A stretch of DNA of 64,000 bases from Calcarisporiella thermophila CBS 279.70 (lineage: Eukaryota > Fungi > Calcarisporiellomycota): assembly GCF_041956535.1 (NCBI RefSeq), contig NW_027192191.1:7702-71701 (forward strand). Direction: 5' to 3'. Below are positions 32,024-45,000 of the stretch, piece after piece. The notes under the pieces are model-generated. The model saw only the letters and a list, made by a program, of their open reading frames with translations, was not told the origin of the DNA and searched no databases. Each line of letters opens with the position of its first letter. Positions within the stretch are counted from its first letter, which is position 1. Both the position numbers and the translations under genes were made by a program.

Positions 32024-34541
32024 ATGCTCTGGACTCTACTAATAAGCTTGCTTGCATGCTTGCCTGTATTGACTGCCGCACCATTTCTTACAAAGAGTAA
32101 GAGAGATGAAGTCAATTTGTCCCATGCCAATAACAGCGGCTTTGAAGAGACTCATCCCTTTGACCGTCCCAATTTACCTCTGGACGAAGAGGTAATGGGA
32201 ATGCTTAAAGAAATGCCTTTACAAGAGAAAATTGGACAGGTAGGCTGAGTTGCACATATATCTATATTCCCCTGTTTTGATGCTCCTTTTCCCGCACTTT
32301 TAAGATGTCTCAGTTAGATATCGAATACTTACTGCTCCCAGATGGCACGATAAATACAACAGCATTGGACAGCCTCGCAAATGAATTTTTCATTGGGTCC
32401 TTTTTCAATGTGATGAAACGGGGAGGTAATGGCAACCCAAACACCATCTTCAATGCCAAAGAGTATGTAGAAACCATAAATAAGATACAAACCGCCTATG
32501 CGAACTCGCGCGCAAAAGTCAAAGTACCCATCGTGTATGGGATTGACTCGGTGCATGGGGCCAATTATAGTAAGTGTTTGTTGTTTGTCCATTCAACATT
32601 GATGAAATAGAAAAAAAAAACCTCCGCTCTATACTGTTAGTCGCAAACGCAACTATCTTTCCTCAAGGGATTGCACAAGCAGCCTCTTGGGACCCGCAAG
32701 TAGCCCATGATATTGCGGTGATAACTGCAAAGGATACACGGGCAGCGAATATGCATTGGACTTTTGCCCCTATTTTGGATTTAAGTGTAGATAAGCAGTG
32801 GCCACGTGTTTATGAGAACTTTGGCGAGTCCCCGTTTCTCACTGCGAGCATGGCTCGCGCATCTATTCTTGGCTTTCAGGGCCAGTATAAAAGCGATCGT
32901 ACAAAAGTGGCTGCTTGTATGAAGCACTTTGTGGGCTACAGTGCAACACGTATGTCTTTCGACCATGGAGACGCATGGATCCCATTAAACTACTTGCAAG
33001 ACTATTTTATACCCCCCTTCCAAGCCGCAGTGGAAGCAGGAGTCGCAACCGCCATGGAGTCGTACAATTCAATCAACGGGTTCCCTGTGGTCAGCTCCAA
33101 GTTATATTTGCGTGATATTTTGCGCGAGCAAATGCAATTCAAGGGAATGTTGGTCACAGATTATTCCGAGATCAGGAACTTGGTCGATGGGCATCTAACA
33201 GAGACAAGCGAATGGAATGCAACTGCAAAAATACTTTCGAAGACATCTATCGACATGTCCATGATAGCACTCGGTACAAGTTTCCCCAAGATAGTCTATG
33301 AACTGGTAAGGCAAGGTGTCATACCTGAGTCTAGAATCGATGAGTCGGCAGGGAGAGTATTGCAGCTGAAAAAGGATCTAGGTCTTTTTGAAACCAAGGG
33401 AATTCTGGACCCATCTTCTCCGTTGGTTTCCTCAGTGGGGCAAGAGGAAGATGCTAAGGTCGCGCTTCATGCAGCAAGAGAATCGATTACGCTCCTGAAG
33501 AACGACAACCGTACGTTGCCATTTAGTGATGCCAATACAATTGCGGTAGTTGGTCCGACTTGTAACAATCTATACACACTTTCTGGAGGGTGGACAATCG
33601 AATGGCAAGGCGTCACAGAAGACAGGCAGTTCTATGGACATGGCGTATCAATTGCTGACGGCATTCGTCAGGTGGCCAAAAATGCAGCAGTTACTTATAC
33701 CTTGGGGGTAGGTTTAGATGGGACTGAGAGTGAGGATACCAGCCAAAATATCGATGCTGCTGTGCAGAGGGTTTTGGATGCGGACGTCGCTGTGGTCTGC
33801 TTGGGGGAAAATCCTTATGCTGAGGCTCCCGGGTTCATACACGACCTTACGCTTCCTGCTGGACAGTTGAAATTGGCGCGTGCCGTTGCTTCAACTCGAA
33901 AACCATTTTCTCTTGTATTAGTACAAGGACGGCCTAGGGTTATTGCCGATCTGGCCGAACTTAGCCCCGCTATACTGAACGCTTACCTTCCTGGCCCCTA
34001 TGGAGGACTTGCAATCGCCGATACCTTATTCGGGATTAACAATCCTTCCGGGAAGCTTCCATATACTTACCCGAAGTATCCTGGTGACCAGACGTTAATC
34101 GACTGGCGGCCAAGAACCGACGAGAAACTGCCAAACGGAACTTGGGCACCTCTCTATCCGTTTGGGCATGGACTCTCGTACACCACTTTCTCTTACAGCG
34201 ACATTCGTCTCTCAGGCGACACACTTTCACCAGTACAGACGATTTTGGTCAAGATTAGCGTCACTAATACTGGAGAGGTTGCGGGCAAGGAGGTTGTGCA
34301 GCTCTTTACTCGACAGCACTATCGCTCTGTCTTGTCGCCCACCCGGATGCTCAATGGATTTAAAAAGGTATTCCTCGATGTGGGCGAGACGAAGGAAGTG
34401 GAATTCAAACTCACGGTTGACATTTTCCGCTTCACTGAGGACCCCGCCTATCCAAGACAGGCACTTGAGGAAGGATTGGCCGATGTAATGATTGCGGATA
34501 AACGTGCAATTATAAAAATTCAGTCTGGGCCTGCCCAATGA
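32024..34541 (+). CDS. Secreted glycoside hydrolase family 3 beta-glucosidase, 3 exons
   Basis: Signal peptide MLWTLL..., EKIGQMSQ, YGIDSVHGANY, ATIFPQ, WPRVYENFGE, ACMKHFVGY, nucleophile in VTDYSEI, GENPYAE, NPSGKLPYTYP and a C-terminal Fn3-like domain. Introns 32240-32304 and 32570-32640. Confidence 0.93.
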
Positions 34542-35037
34542 TTTCAAACATATTTTTTTCGAAAATCACTAAAAAAGAAATGCTTTGCTTTGGTTTGTGT
34601 GATTTTTTTGGGCAGATTGAAATAGCAAAAATGGATTTCTGAAACGAACTCTCAATTCCTAAAAATTTCTTCTCTTTTACCTCTGATTTGGCTATTCCTC
34701 TCTGGACTACCGAAGCATCATTTCGGCAAATATTCCGTTTATTGTTACGATTAACTTGCTGAACTGATGAATACTAAATCACAATCCTCCTACACTGATA
34801 AATACGTTGTGTTATGCGATACAATGTGTCAGTGTGAAATATGATTGAAAATACTAAGGGATACCCCGTAAGATAGATATAGCACAGAAGAGTATTGAAA
34901 ACAAGTTGATTATTGGTAAGATTAACAAAAAAGGTACATATTTATGCAAGGGGGTATCCATGGTCTATATGCTGAGGGAATGTTTATATACACGATCATC
35001 GCTATTTCCAAGCTCCATCGGAATTAATACGTTACAC

Positions 35038-36332
35038 TCACTTGCGCCAAAACGACCTCTTGACGAGCTTCTTTGCCATCTTCTCCAAAGGGCTAGCAGG
35101 ATCCTCCTTCTTCTCAGACATGTTCGCCGACATTTGACCCTTGTTCTTCAAGCTGCAAGTTGGAGGCGGAGTCAACATTAGAGAATTCTTGTTATAATAT
35201 GAAGTCGGCGTAGGATTAGTGACAGTTTTGTTGCTTTTCGGAGTGGTATACATGTCTGGCTCCTCAGCTCGATCGAAACCAATTTCAAATATATCGCTCG
35301 TAGTTTCTAGATTCAACGAAGGCTGAACTACAGAATTACGGGACCCAGAAGCGTCTTCTAACTTTACGATCTTACTCGAAATGACTTCCAAACATTCCCC
35401 AAATCCATTAAATTTGGATTCCAAATCTGCCTCCAGGAGTTTGCGCTGATAAGCTGCATTGTAGACTTCTCTCCGGAGTCGTGTGTTCTCGTCAACAACA
35501 CTTTCAAGCTCCAAATGCGCAGCCCTCAAGGACCCCTGGAGCTCTGCCACTAACCCAGCTACATATTCAGAAACGTAAGAGGTCAGTCAGAATTGCCTTA
35601 AAGGTCGAAATGTTCACAGTGTTCATAACCCCCATTCAGAATGTTTCTAGCTAGGTAAACTAAGCCAATATTCAAGCCATACTACAGTACTACTTTACCT
35701 GTCACTTCCTTCGCTTTTTGTGCCTTCATTAAATTCTCTTGCGCATTTTTAGCCTCCTCGAAATGCCTGTTATTCTCTTTGCGAAGTTCATTCAAAGATT
35801 TTTCGTATTCAGATGCAGAGTTCATAAGATTGCGTGTGAGCTCCTCTTTTTCAAGGCCCAGGGCAGCAATCTTTTTAGCCTGACGGTCAATCTCTTCACG
35901 TAGCCCTTTAATTTCCCTTTCCAATTCTTTCTGATTCTGATAGGAATGCTTCTTCACACGATCTAGTTCCTCCTGCAAGACCACGTTCTGATAGCCCACT
36001 TCATCATTTAACATTTCAGCTCGCCGGGCAAAACGATCGCACTGTGCTTCGGCGATGGCAATCCGTTTAGTGAAGTCGCACCTCACATACTTAATCTCCT
36101 CGTCATGTTTAGCTACGAGCTTCTCCCGCACCTTATCTTGAAGCCAAGCGTGCCGATGCGCGCGAATCAGCCCCTGCTGAAGGCTCTGAACTTGTTCCTT
36201 GAAAGACTCCTTCGATTTTCGCTCTTGTGCTTCTTTTTCTTGAACATCTTGCAAGGCAAATTGCAGCTCGGAAATCTCGCTGCGTAATTTTTTTACAGTA
36301 GTGGTCTCGATCTTCTCGCTTAACGCGTCCAT
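35038..36332 (-). CDS. Uncharacterised coiled-coil protein (5' end uncertain)
   Basis: Two E/K/Q-rich heptad ORFs joined in frame by GT-AG intron ~35560-35698. Confidence 0.65.
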
Positions 36333-37239
36333 TTTGAGCTGGTTGGTAAGAATACGTAAAAATACACAAAATTATTATTCGCTTTACAAAAGTTTATCTC
36401 TTCTTGCATCTCAATACTTTTTCAACGTCCTCTTCGTCAAATACGTCTGAGAAAAAAACTGCAAGCTCACATAAGGGTTCAGAGACGAGTTCGCCCAAAA
36501 CAGTACAAATGAATTGGAACATTCTGACATGAAAGTAAAAGCCGTTGAGAGTAATTAAGAGAGGAATAGATAAGGGGAATGAGGTGGGAAGTTGGGTAAT
36601 GAGTGAATTAGAGAGAGAGAGAGAGAAGGAAACTGAGAGGGCTCAGCAGCTCTTTAATAGTTTCAAGGAGGGATTAAGGTTCGAGCACTCATGGGTGTGG
36701 TTGGTTTGATCATTTATTGTGAAAAAAGATTTTAAAGAAATCTCGCGGAAATTCGAAGTCGCGTGTCGGAGCGTGATCGAGCTATCGAATCCTGATCTTA
36801 CATTAAACTCCGCAAATTGAATTTCTATTCTGGTCCATTCAATATAGATTCTTTTGGAATGTTGGTCTGGGGCATGGCCAAGCGATCCACTATTCATTAG
36901 GCCGTGGAGTTAGGATAAGAACCGGTTTGTCAATCAGCTCATCGTTATCTGTGCTGCCCTCTGGTCACTCATATAAGCCGATCTTATATTGGAGAGAGAA
37001 GGAAAAGGAAGCACAACGGTTAGAAAAAATGAAGCCTTAATATGTAGTAAATGCAAAGAGACACGCTACAATCCAGCGAGATAGCATTCTAGAGAAGAAC
37101 TCACCATTGGAATCATAATTAGTAGGGGAAAATATATATAGCATAGAACAGAATAAAATGATAATATAAAGGTGACACAAAAAGTGTCGTATCCACATTT
37201 TCCTAACACAGCTATTTTCAACGTTTAAATTTTTGGATG

Positions 37240-38975
37240 TCATTGATTCTGGTGAGGACCATTTGCATTCACCGCTTCCTCATCGACCTCCCCTTGATGC
37301 CCAGGCGGGTCCAACTGGTCTATCTCATAAGCCGGCTTTCGGAGATAGCTCTTTGTTTGGGGCCTACAAAGTACATAAAAGCAGTTCTGCCAAAGGTGTC
37401 CATAATCAAATGGGTGCTTCGTGGACAACTGGCGACCACCCATCGAAGCTCGGAGTTGTTCATGTGTCGTCAAATTACGACTTATAAGAAAGAGGTGATA
37501 GCCCGTCAAGCCGCACACGGACCAGGAGAGAATGAACGACATCAAGGTAATCACTAGGCTCATAGGCGTGGCACGAATCGCATCAATGAATGAGAGCTGG
37601 TGATCGCGCATCAGAAGAAGAAGATGGGCAAGAGAAAAGCCCAGGACATACAGGCACATAACGGAGGCAGTGACAATAAATGTGATAAAGCTACGGTAAT
37701 TTCGGCGCCCAACGCAGTTATTCAGCCAGATGCAATGGTGGTCTTCGTTTTCTGAGGGTATGAAAACAAATTCGTCAATTTATAGTCTAGATAGAGTTTC
37801 ATCAACCATACATACCGACGCAGTTATCACATTGGCGGCAATGGCTGCAGCGGGGTGGTCGATAAATCTTACACGTTTCACAGTATTTTAACCAGACGAT
37901 CTGATCCTTGATGCGCACACTTTTAGGGAGGGGAACGTTTGCATATGCTTGTGCGAACCCTTCCTCGGCTAGACCAGCAGGATCGGTTGGGGGCTTGGGA
38001 TCAAGATTGCGAGGAATAATCCCAGGGTCAGAAAAAGAAGTGCGCAACATCGAGGCGAATGCAAGGAGAAATAGATAGGCAAATACAATAGGCACAGCAG
38101 GTGAGATGTTATGCCAGAGCCAGGGGCACCTAATAAAAGGCATGATCATTTTTAGTCCTAACTATTTCTCAAGACTATGAAACAGCCTGTGCTGCTCTTC
38201 AGAGAGAAACTTACACAAATCCAAAAAATAGGCCGCTTGGAATCAGAAATGCCCCAAGTGCAAGCAGGAAGGCCCAATACTCGCGACTTGTGACCATTCG
38301 CCCACCGAACAAAAATCTATTCCGACCAGACACTTTGTAATTTCTAGAAACTTTGACTGTGGGGGTGCTAGTTTCATTGCTTTGGGGTCTTGACGAAGAT
38401 GGTGCATTATTCGTACGTGGAGCAGTGTGTGGTGTAGTGCGGTGTTGCGATTCTAAGGATGCCCTAAGTTCATCCACCCGCAAAGATCGGCGCTTTGGGT
38501 CAAGAAGAACGGCAACGCCGGGTGCAGTGGGGGTCTCAATGATGTCATCAGCACGCTGATCTTTCTCCTCAGATTCCCCATTTGCATCCGCTTCTGTATT
38601 TGGATGTTTGCTTTCACTTTCATTCTCGTCTGATGTATTTGACAATACTTCGTTGGAAGCAGGATCAAGGACTGCATCTAGTGAAGGCATGTCGTGATTC
38701 TGTGAGGCAAATGGAAGAGGTAAACGCTGAACTGGGCTTGTTTCCAACCCCAGTGCAGCGGCGGCCGCGGCAGTGGCAAGATCAGAGGAAGAATTGGAGC
38801 GCGTATGTGGGTGGGAGCGTGCAGGTGAGTGTGAATGAGGGGTGGAGGCCGATGGGTTTTCAGTGGGAGTGGATGGCCTGGAATCTCCATCAGCAGGCGG
38901 AGATGAGACCGGATCTTTTACAGTCGGATTTTGGGGTTGGTCGTCTTGCTTTGAATTTTCGGATGTATTTTCCAT
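37240..38975 (-). CDS. ERF2: DHHC palmitoyltransferase, Erf2/ZDHHC9-like
   Basis: [68 protein letters not shown] and NLTTHEQ. Confidence 0.9.
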
Positions 38976-39253
38976 AGCGATTGATTTTAGAGTAAACGAG
39001 ATGACATTAGAAATGGTTAAATATCACGAACAGAATGATTGAATTAGACAATAAAAATAGATGTTTTGTGTGAATTATGCAAGAAGTTATGTCGTTAAGA
39101 TTAAATAGAATGATGTGATTTGTGGAAGATGTGAAAAGAGGGAGTTTGTTATTAAGAACAGACGCTACTAGAATCCATAAGAGAGGCACTGAGGATAACT
39201 TGAGGCGCAGTCAATTTAAAATTTTATTATAGTACACATCGCATTGACATTAA

Positions 39254-40335
39254 CTATTCAACTGATTCTGCCGCCTTTTTCTCGAACCAAGCTTTACGTT
39301 GTTCTACCTTATTCCGGCGTTGCTTAAGGCTAAGACGCTGTTTCTTGTACTGCTTGATCTTCTCTCCTTCTGCTGGTTTCTTTTTCTCTGTCAGGCGTGG
39401 CAAAGGATCCTTTCGAATAGCGGAGTGGGCAGCTTTGTACATATCTTCCAGACCATCTGCCTCAATGCCTGACTCGACGAATTTCGAAAATTGTCGTTTG
39501 TATTTTTCTTCGTCTTCTTCCTTCAGCAAGCTCATGTACTCTGCAACGTGTCCACCATAAATGTACTTGCGTAGTACTTCTGCGTCGAGTTGTTTGGATT
39601 CACGGTCGTAGCCGGGGAAACGCGTTTCTGAATGTGGGATAAGGATACCTCCATCAGATGCACCTTTCAAGGCAGCAAATACACGTGAACCAGTGGTAGT
39701 GCGCTTGAGACCGACATCGAGGAAGCATTTAAATGGACGGGGGGCATCATCAAGCTCTTCTACCAAACTAACAGTGCCATCTGGCTCAGAAATGCCTTCA
39801 TACTTGTCTGCAAGGCCTAATTTAGTGAGAGCACGGCGAGCAGCAAGAAGACCCGTGCAGTAAGCTATAATAAAAAGGAGGGGCGGGTGGAAATGTATTA
39901 TAATGTGAGCGTTAAATCAAGAGAACGAGAATCTAACTCACCAGCTGCCCAGTTGGTGAGTCCAGCCTTAACACCATAGCGTGGTAGTTCGTGAGCATAT
40001 GCCGATGCGAGAACAAAGTCACCTTGAATTTTCGCATAAACAATTTGGCAGATGATATCAGTATTGGTAAAGCGGACGACGAGGCGGTACTTGGGAGAGT
40101 TATATTTATTCTTGGCTTGAGTGACAAGGCGTTTACGCGCATAGTAATCGGTTTTACCCTCTCTGCGCCTGCGATATTTTACTTGATAGCGCTTGAAATA
40201 CGCCTTGTTCTTCACTAGTTTGACAAAAGGCTAGATAGAAAGGTTAATCATCCTTTCATTCATCCGTCCATCGATCTATCCATTTATCCATCCATCCCCC
40301 AGTCCAACAATCTTCAAAGTGAATAGACTTACCAT
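39254..40335 (-). CDS. RPL5: 60S ribosomal protein L5 (uL18)
   Basis: [38 protein letters not shown] and [15 protein letters not shown]-only first exon at 40333-40335 followed by GTAAGT. Confidence 0.97.
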
Positions 40336-40992
40336 CCTTAAAAATCCCAGTTGATTTGTTCAATGGTGAACTGCTAAAGTAGTATCAAGCAAGCTAGATT
40401 TCGACCCAACTCTGTTCTGAGTTGGACAGGATGACTTAATCTCGGGTCCTTTTGGTCGGATGGGTCGAAATTTCACTCATGACGTTAATTCGATGAATGT
40501 GTGGCTTAGAGACTGAATTAAGAAACAAACATGAAAGATTTTTCTTCTCTCTCTTCGCCTGCTTACGAAAACATAAGCATAAAAAGCTCACCCTATTCTT
40601 TCGAACATCCTTTTTATAAAAGATACTGACGCATTGTATGCGCATATAGCCATATTCTTTTCTTATATTGCACATACTCACACAGTTTATTGTGTTCTCT
40701 GTATTTAAATCTTCTTCTTTTCCTCCACTTTTGTTATATATTTGATTTTTTAAAAAACATCAATAGCTGGCAGGTAATTTTTTTTTCTCGTCAAAACAGT
40801 CTATCTTCCATACACTCTAATACCTTTCCCTCGAGATTTTTTTTTTGTACTATCTCTCCCTTTGTACTCTCCCTTTTTTCTTGGAAAACGAATTTTTTTG
40901 ATTTCTTTTTCCCACCCCATTCCATTCTATACGGCTTCGCTCACATATCCCACTAGTTGTGCTGGGTCACATCTTGAACACTAATCCTTGCA

Positions 40993-43427
40993 ATGGCAGC
41001 CCCCACCACTCTTATCCCATCTCCCGAGAATGGCCAACAGCAACAACGGCAGCTTGAGGCAACCACTTCCCTTAATCCCGAAAATCCTTCAAGTAACGGC
41101 ACTACCAACTCATCACCAGCTTCTCCCCCGACCAACAATTTATCCGATGACCGCAAGTCTCTCCGTCGATCTCCACAGGGCAATGGCTACAATAACCATA
41201 ATCAGCAATACCCTGGCAAAACTTTTTCTAACCGTCGCAGCCCAAATCAACAAGGCTACTACCCGCGGCATCAACAGGGGCAGCCAGGGTGGTATGATCC
41301 ATCACAAGTCGGTAATTTCCACCCGAATCGGACATTCCGTTCTGGGCAACAGCAAAAGCCTTTTGGTAAAAAGAACTATTCCAATGGACATGTAATCAAC
41401 GGAAATGGAGGAGGGACCGTATACTACCCCCTTCCTCAACCCTACTATTACATGCCCGCTCCTGGAGTTCAACCCCCATCTCAGAATGGTCCAAGTATAG
41501 AGGGGGCGGATCAAGAGAGGACTGCCATTAATGGTATGCCAAGTTTTCTTTTGAAAGGCTAAGCAAACGTTATCTATAGCCTCTAACCTATCTCATTATA
41601 ATAGACGCAGACCTTCGCACTGCTCTCCGAAAACAATTAGAATACTATTTCTCTCGTCAAAATCTCGCAAATGACGTCTACCTGGTGTCAAAAATGGACG
41701 CCCAGATGTACGTCTCCATCTCCATTATTGCAGAGTTTAAGCTGGTAAAGGCACTCACAACAGATCTCGACTTGATTGTTGAGGTGCTTCGTGAATCGCC
41801 CAACGTTATAGTGGATGAATCGGGAGAAAAAGTCCGACCCAATTTCTCTAATCAGCGAAATACGATTATACTTAGAGATATTCCTGAAGATGCTACCGAG
41901 GAGGTTAGCTATACCACCCTGTTAATACTTTTTTGTTTTTCACCCCATCTAACCTGATCCCCTATCCCGTCTGCTACAGGAGATTCGCTCCATCTTTGAA
42001 ACCGAAAATGCTAAGCCTATCAAGAGCATAAAGCCCGACATTAGCAACATTTGGTATGTGACCTTTGAGACTGAGGATGATACATTACAGATGTGGTTTG
42101 CTATTCGCGATAAATCTTTCCGTGGGAATCCTATTGCGAGCCGCATTAAATCGGAAAACATCCTAAAAAGCTTGTAAGTAGCCTATTTCCACCTGCTCAC
42201 CGCTGTTGTTTCCTCATCCATTAATTCTTTTGGCTTTTTCCTCTGAAGCTATTCGCCCGAAAACACCTCATTACCTTCTTCTGACAGCGACCAGCCTCAC
42301 CCCCATGCTATGCCCTATGGCAATTATTATACCCCGGGCATGTACCCGCCCACAGTTTACCCCAATTACCCACCCCACATGCACCAGCAGTATCCCTACT
42401 CTCAGCATAATGGTGGCTATGTCAATGGTTATCCGGCACGGTATCAACAGCAACAGGACGGCCAGACCCAAGAGTTCCAGAGAACCAATGGGCATAGACG
42501 AAGGAGTACCGCCCCTGGGAATCACATGCGATCCAAAAAGGACGGAAAGAAAGGTATGCGCTAGTATGGCGTCTGCTTATTTAGGAGAATGCTAATTGTT
42601 AAGTGCAAATTCTAGCGACAAACGAAGACCGTGCGCGAAAATCAGATGACGAACGTCCGTCGCACCGTTCTGCGTCGGCAAATCCCTCTGCTGACCGCAC
42701 TCGCGCCAAATCGTCACCTGCATGGCGCTCTAAAACTTCCAGTTCTTCAGATGATGTGAAATATGGCTCTAATAATGCATCCAAAGAGACGAGGCACTAC
42801 GGAGAAGGATCAGGCAATTCGTACTCCTCGCGGGCGAATTCCACTGCAAAGGTCGATTCTGGAAAGAAGGAGATAAGGGCTGCCCCAAATCTTGGAGGAG
42901 AGCAGTTCCCTCCCTTGCCCACTGCGAATGGCAGGCTAACAAATCAAAAAGAGGAGGTGAAAACCTCTTCGCCCACCACCACCTCCACTCCTACTACAAC
43001 AACTGTGGCCAATGTGGAGGGGAAGCACACCCTTGCGGACTTGGTGAAAAGTTTTAAGCCTAATGAAGTGTTTAAAGCACCGCCACGAAAATCTCCCGTC
43101 CCTACTAGCGAAGGAGAGGGAGTTGAAGAGGCGAAGAAAGAGGAGAATAGCAAGAAGGATGCAGCGTCGAAGGAGTCAAGTCGTAAGCTGAGCCAGGATG
43201 AAAAATCACTCCATGCTAGTGAACATTCCGATGCAAACGATAGAACAATACCAGTCTCGGATCATACAGACAAGGCCCCTGCCTCTTCTAGCGAATTTAG
43301 CTATGCTCAAGCATTAAAGCAGCCAAAGGAGAACAAAGAATCCGAGGCCAAACGGGCATCGCAGAAACATGAGGTGGATACGCCTGCTGCCGCCGCAGCA
43401 GCATCAACAACAGTAGCCAAAGAATAA
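40993..43427 (+). CDS. La-related RNA-binding protein, LARP4-like (La motif plus RRM)
   Basis: La motif LRKQLEYYFSRQNLANDVYLVSKMD...LRESPNVIVDESGEKVRP, RRM NTIILRDIPE..WYVTFETE..ASRIKSE, and a C-terminal FPPLP motif within low-complexity sequence. Confidence 0.82.
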
Positions 43428-43944
43428 AATAAAAATCGCTGGGATAAAACGGCTGGGGCGTGAAGGTTATAAAAGGATTAAACATACGCAATTATACGAG
43501 TAAGCATCTAAAAATATTTGGTGCGTATCAATTTCTAGTTTTAATCTAACTTTTGTTCTTTCTCACCTACCAGAATTGCGTTTGGTACCATTTTAAAAGT
43601 ACAAAAAAGTAATATGATTTTTATTAACCAAATTGGATAACAAGAGTGTTAATGATAAAAAAGGAGTTGTTGAAAAATTTCATGTTTTTATCTCTTCCTC
43701 CATTACTGGAACATTTTAGTAGGACTTTTTTTTTCCCTCTACTTTTCATAAAATATAACACCTTTACAAGGAATACTCTCCTTCCTTTCATTAGCACCGG
43801 TTTTTCGCGGGCTAATAGAACAATAGGTGTCGGTTTTCTTTTTAATTAGCTATATGTGAAAGAGGTGGCTTATCGATCAGATATTTTACATCTAACTTGC
43901 ACATTTCGAGATCCCAGCTAGAGTAGATCATTAGAAAAAGCCCC

Positions 43945-44349
43945 ATGGTAAACCCGATTCTGGAGCAGTATTTTGCAGAGCTGCGCAAGATCAAGAAAAA
44001 CTTCGATTCCTATATTGCGCCCACATCCTCTCCCGATTCCCCGCAACCGAGTACTTCCTCCCCGTCCCAAACAACACAGTCCGCCGATACTATATCGTCA
44101 TCACCGAAAGTTGGCATTCACTACTCTGCTGATTCCGGCACGCCATCTCTTACACTTCCGCCTGAACCCGAACGTCCTGGGCCAGACGATTGCTGTGGGA
44201 GTGGCTGTGACCCATGTTGCTATGATATATATAGAGAAGAGATGGAGGAATGGAGGAAGGAGGTAGACAGATTGAAAGAAGAATTTAGAGTTGTATGCAA
44301 GCATAGAGGAATCGTAGATATTGAAAACTTGTGCAGCGATGGAAAGTGA
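43945..44349 (+). CDS. Oxidoreductase-like N-terminal domain protein (OXLD1-like)
   Basis: PPEPERPGPDDCCGSGCDPCCYDIYREEMEEW signature. Confidence 0.8.
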   Translation: MVNPILEQYFAELRKIKKNFDSYIAPTSSPDSPQPSTSSPSQTTQSADTISSSPKVGIHYSADSGTPSLTLPPEPERPGPDDCCGSGCDPCCYDIYREEMEEWRKEVDRLKEEFRVVCKHRGIVDIENLCSDGK

Positions 44350-45000
44350 GCCTTATTTCTTTCTGTTTTCACTTTATTTTTAATACTCCCGTTGGATATC
44401 GCATTTTAATCTATCGCGTATTGTGCTTTTTTTCTTGTCTTGTGTTAACTATTTATTCAGCCGACACTTCCCTTCTATCCCAGCTTTTTCAACCTCAAGC
44501 GATGCGATATTGGTATTTCGCGAAGACACATTTATATACTCTTTCAAAACTCTCGCCAATAATTGTCATTTGATATGGATTATGTCCCTCCACTGAGAGT
44601 TGCTCTGATGCTTTGGAGTGCAAATTGGGGAGTAGCCATAAGTGATTGAAAGATAATAATGACTTTACACTGTTACTGCTCAGACCTTTCAGGATGATAT
44701 TAAGCTATATACTATTGCAAATACGGGTGCTTTTGTTATTTTATATGCAACATCATATTTTTGTGGATATCTTGTCTGCATTCAAAGAGATTGAGAGTAG
44801 AATTTGGAAAGTGCAGGATGATTTTGAATATAAATGGACTGTATATTCGTAAAAAAAGGGACTTCTCGATATTCCTTTCGATAATAGTTGCTGAAATAAT
44901 AGGGGATTCACGCGAAATAGGCGTTACAGAGAGATACAAGCATAATGGATACAAGAGTTACAAGAGCTTATTTGGGCCAGCTTCTTAAAATACAGTCTAG

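Noticed and set aside
36610-36626. (AG)n microsatellite
   Set aside because: Ordinary short simple repeat in a promoter/UTR region.
40232-40332. RPL5 intron with (GGAT)-like repeats as a possible intronic snoRNA host
   Set aside because: No paired C/D boxes or H/ACA hairpins are visible.
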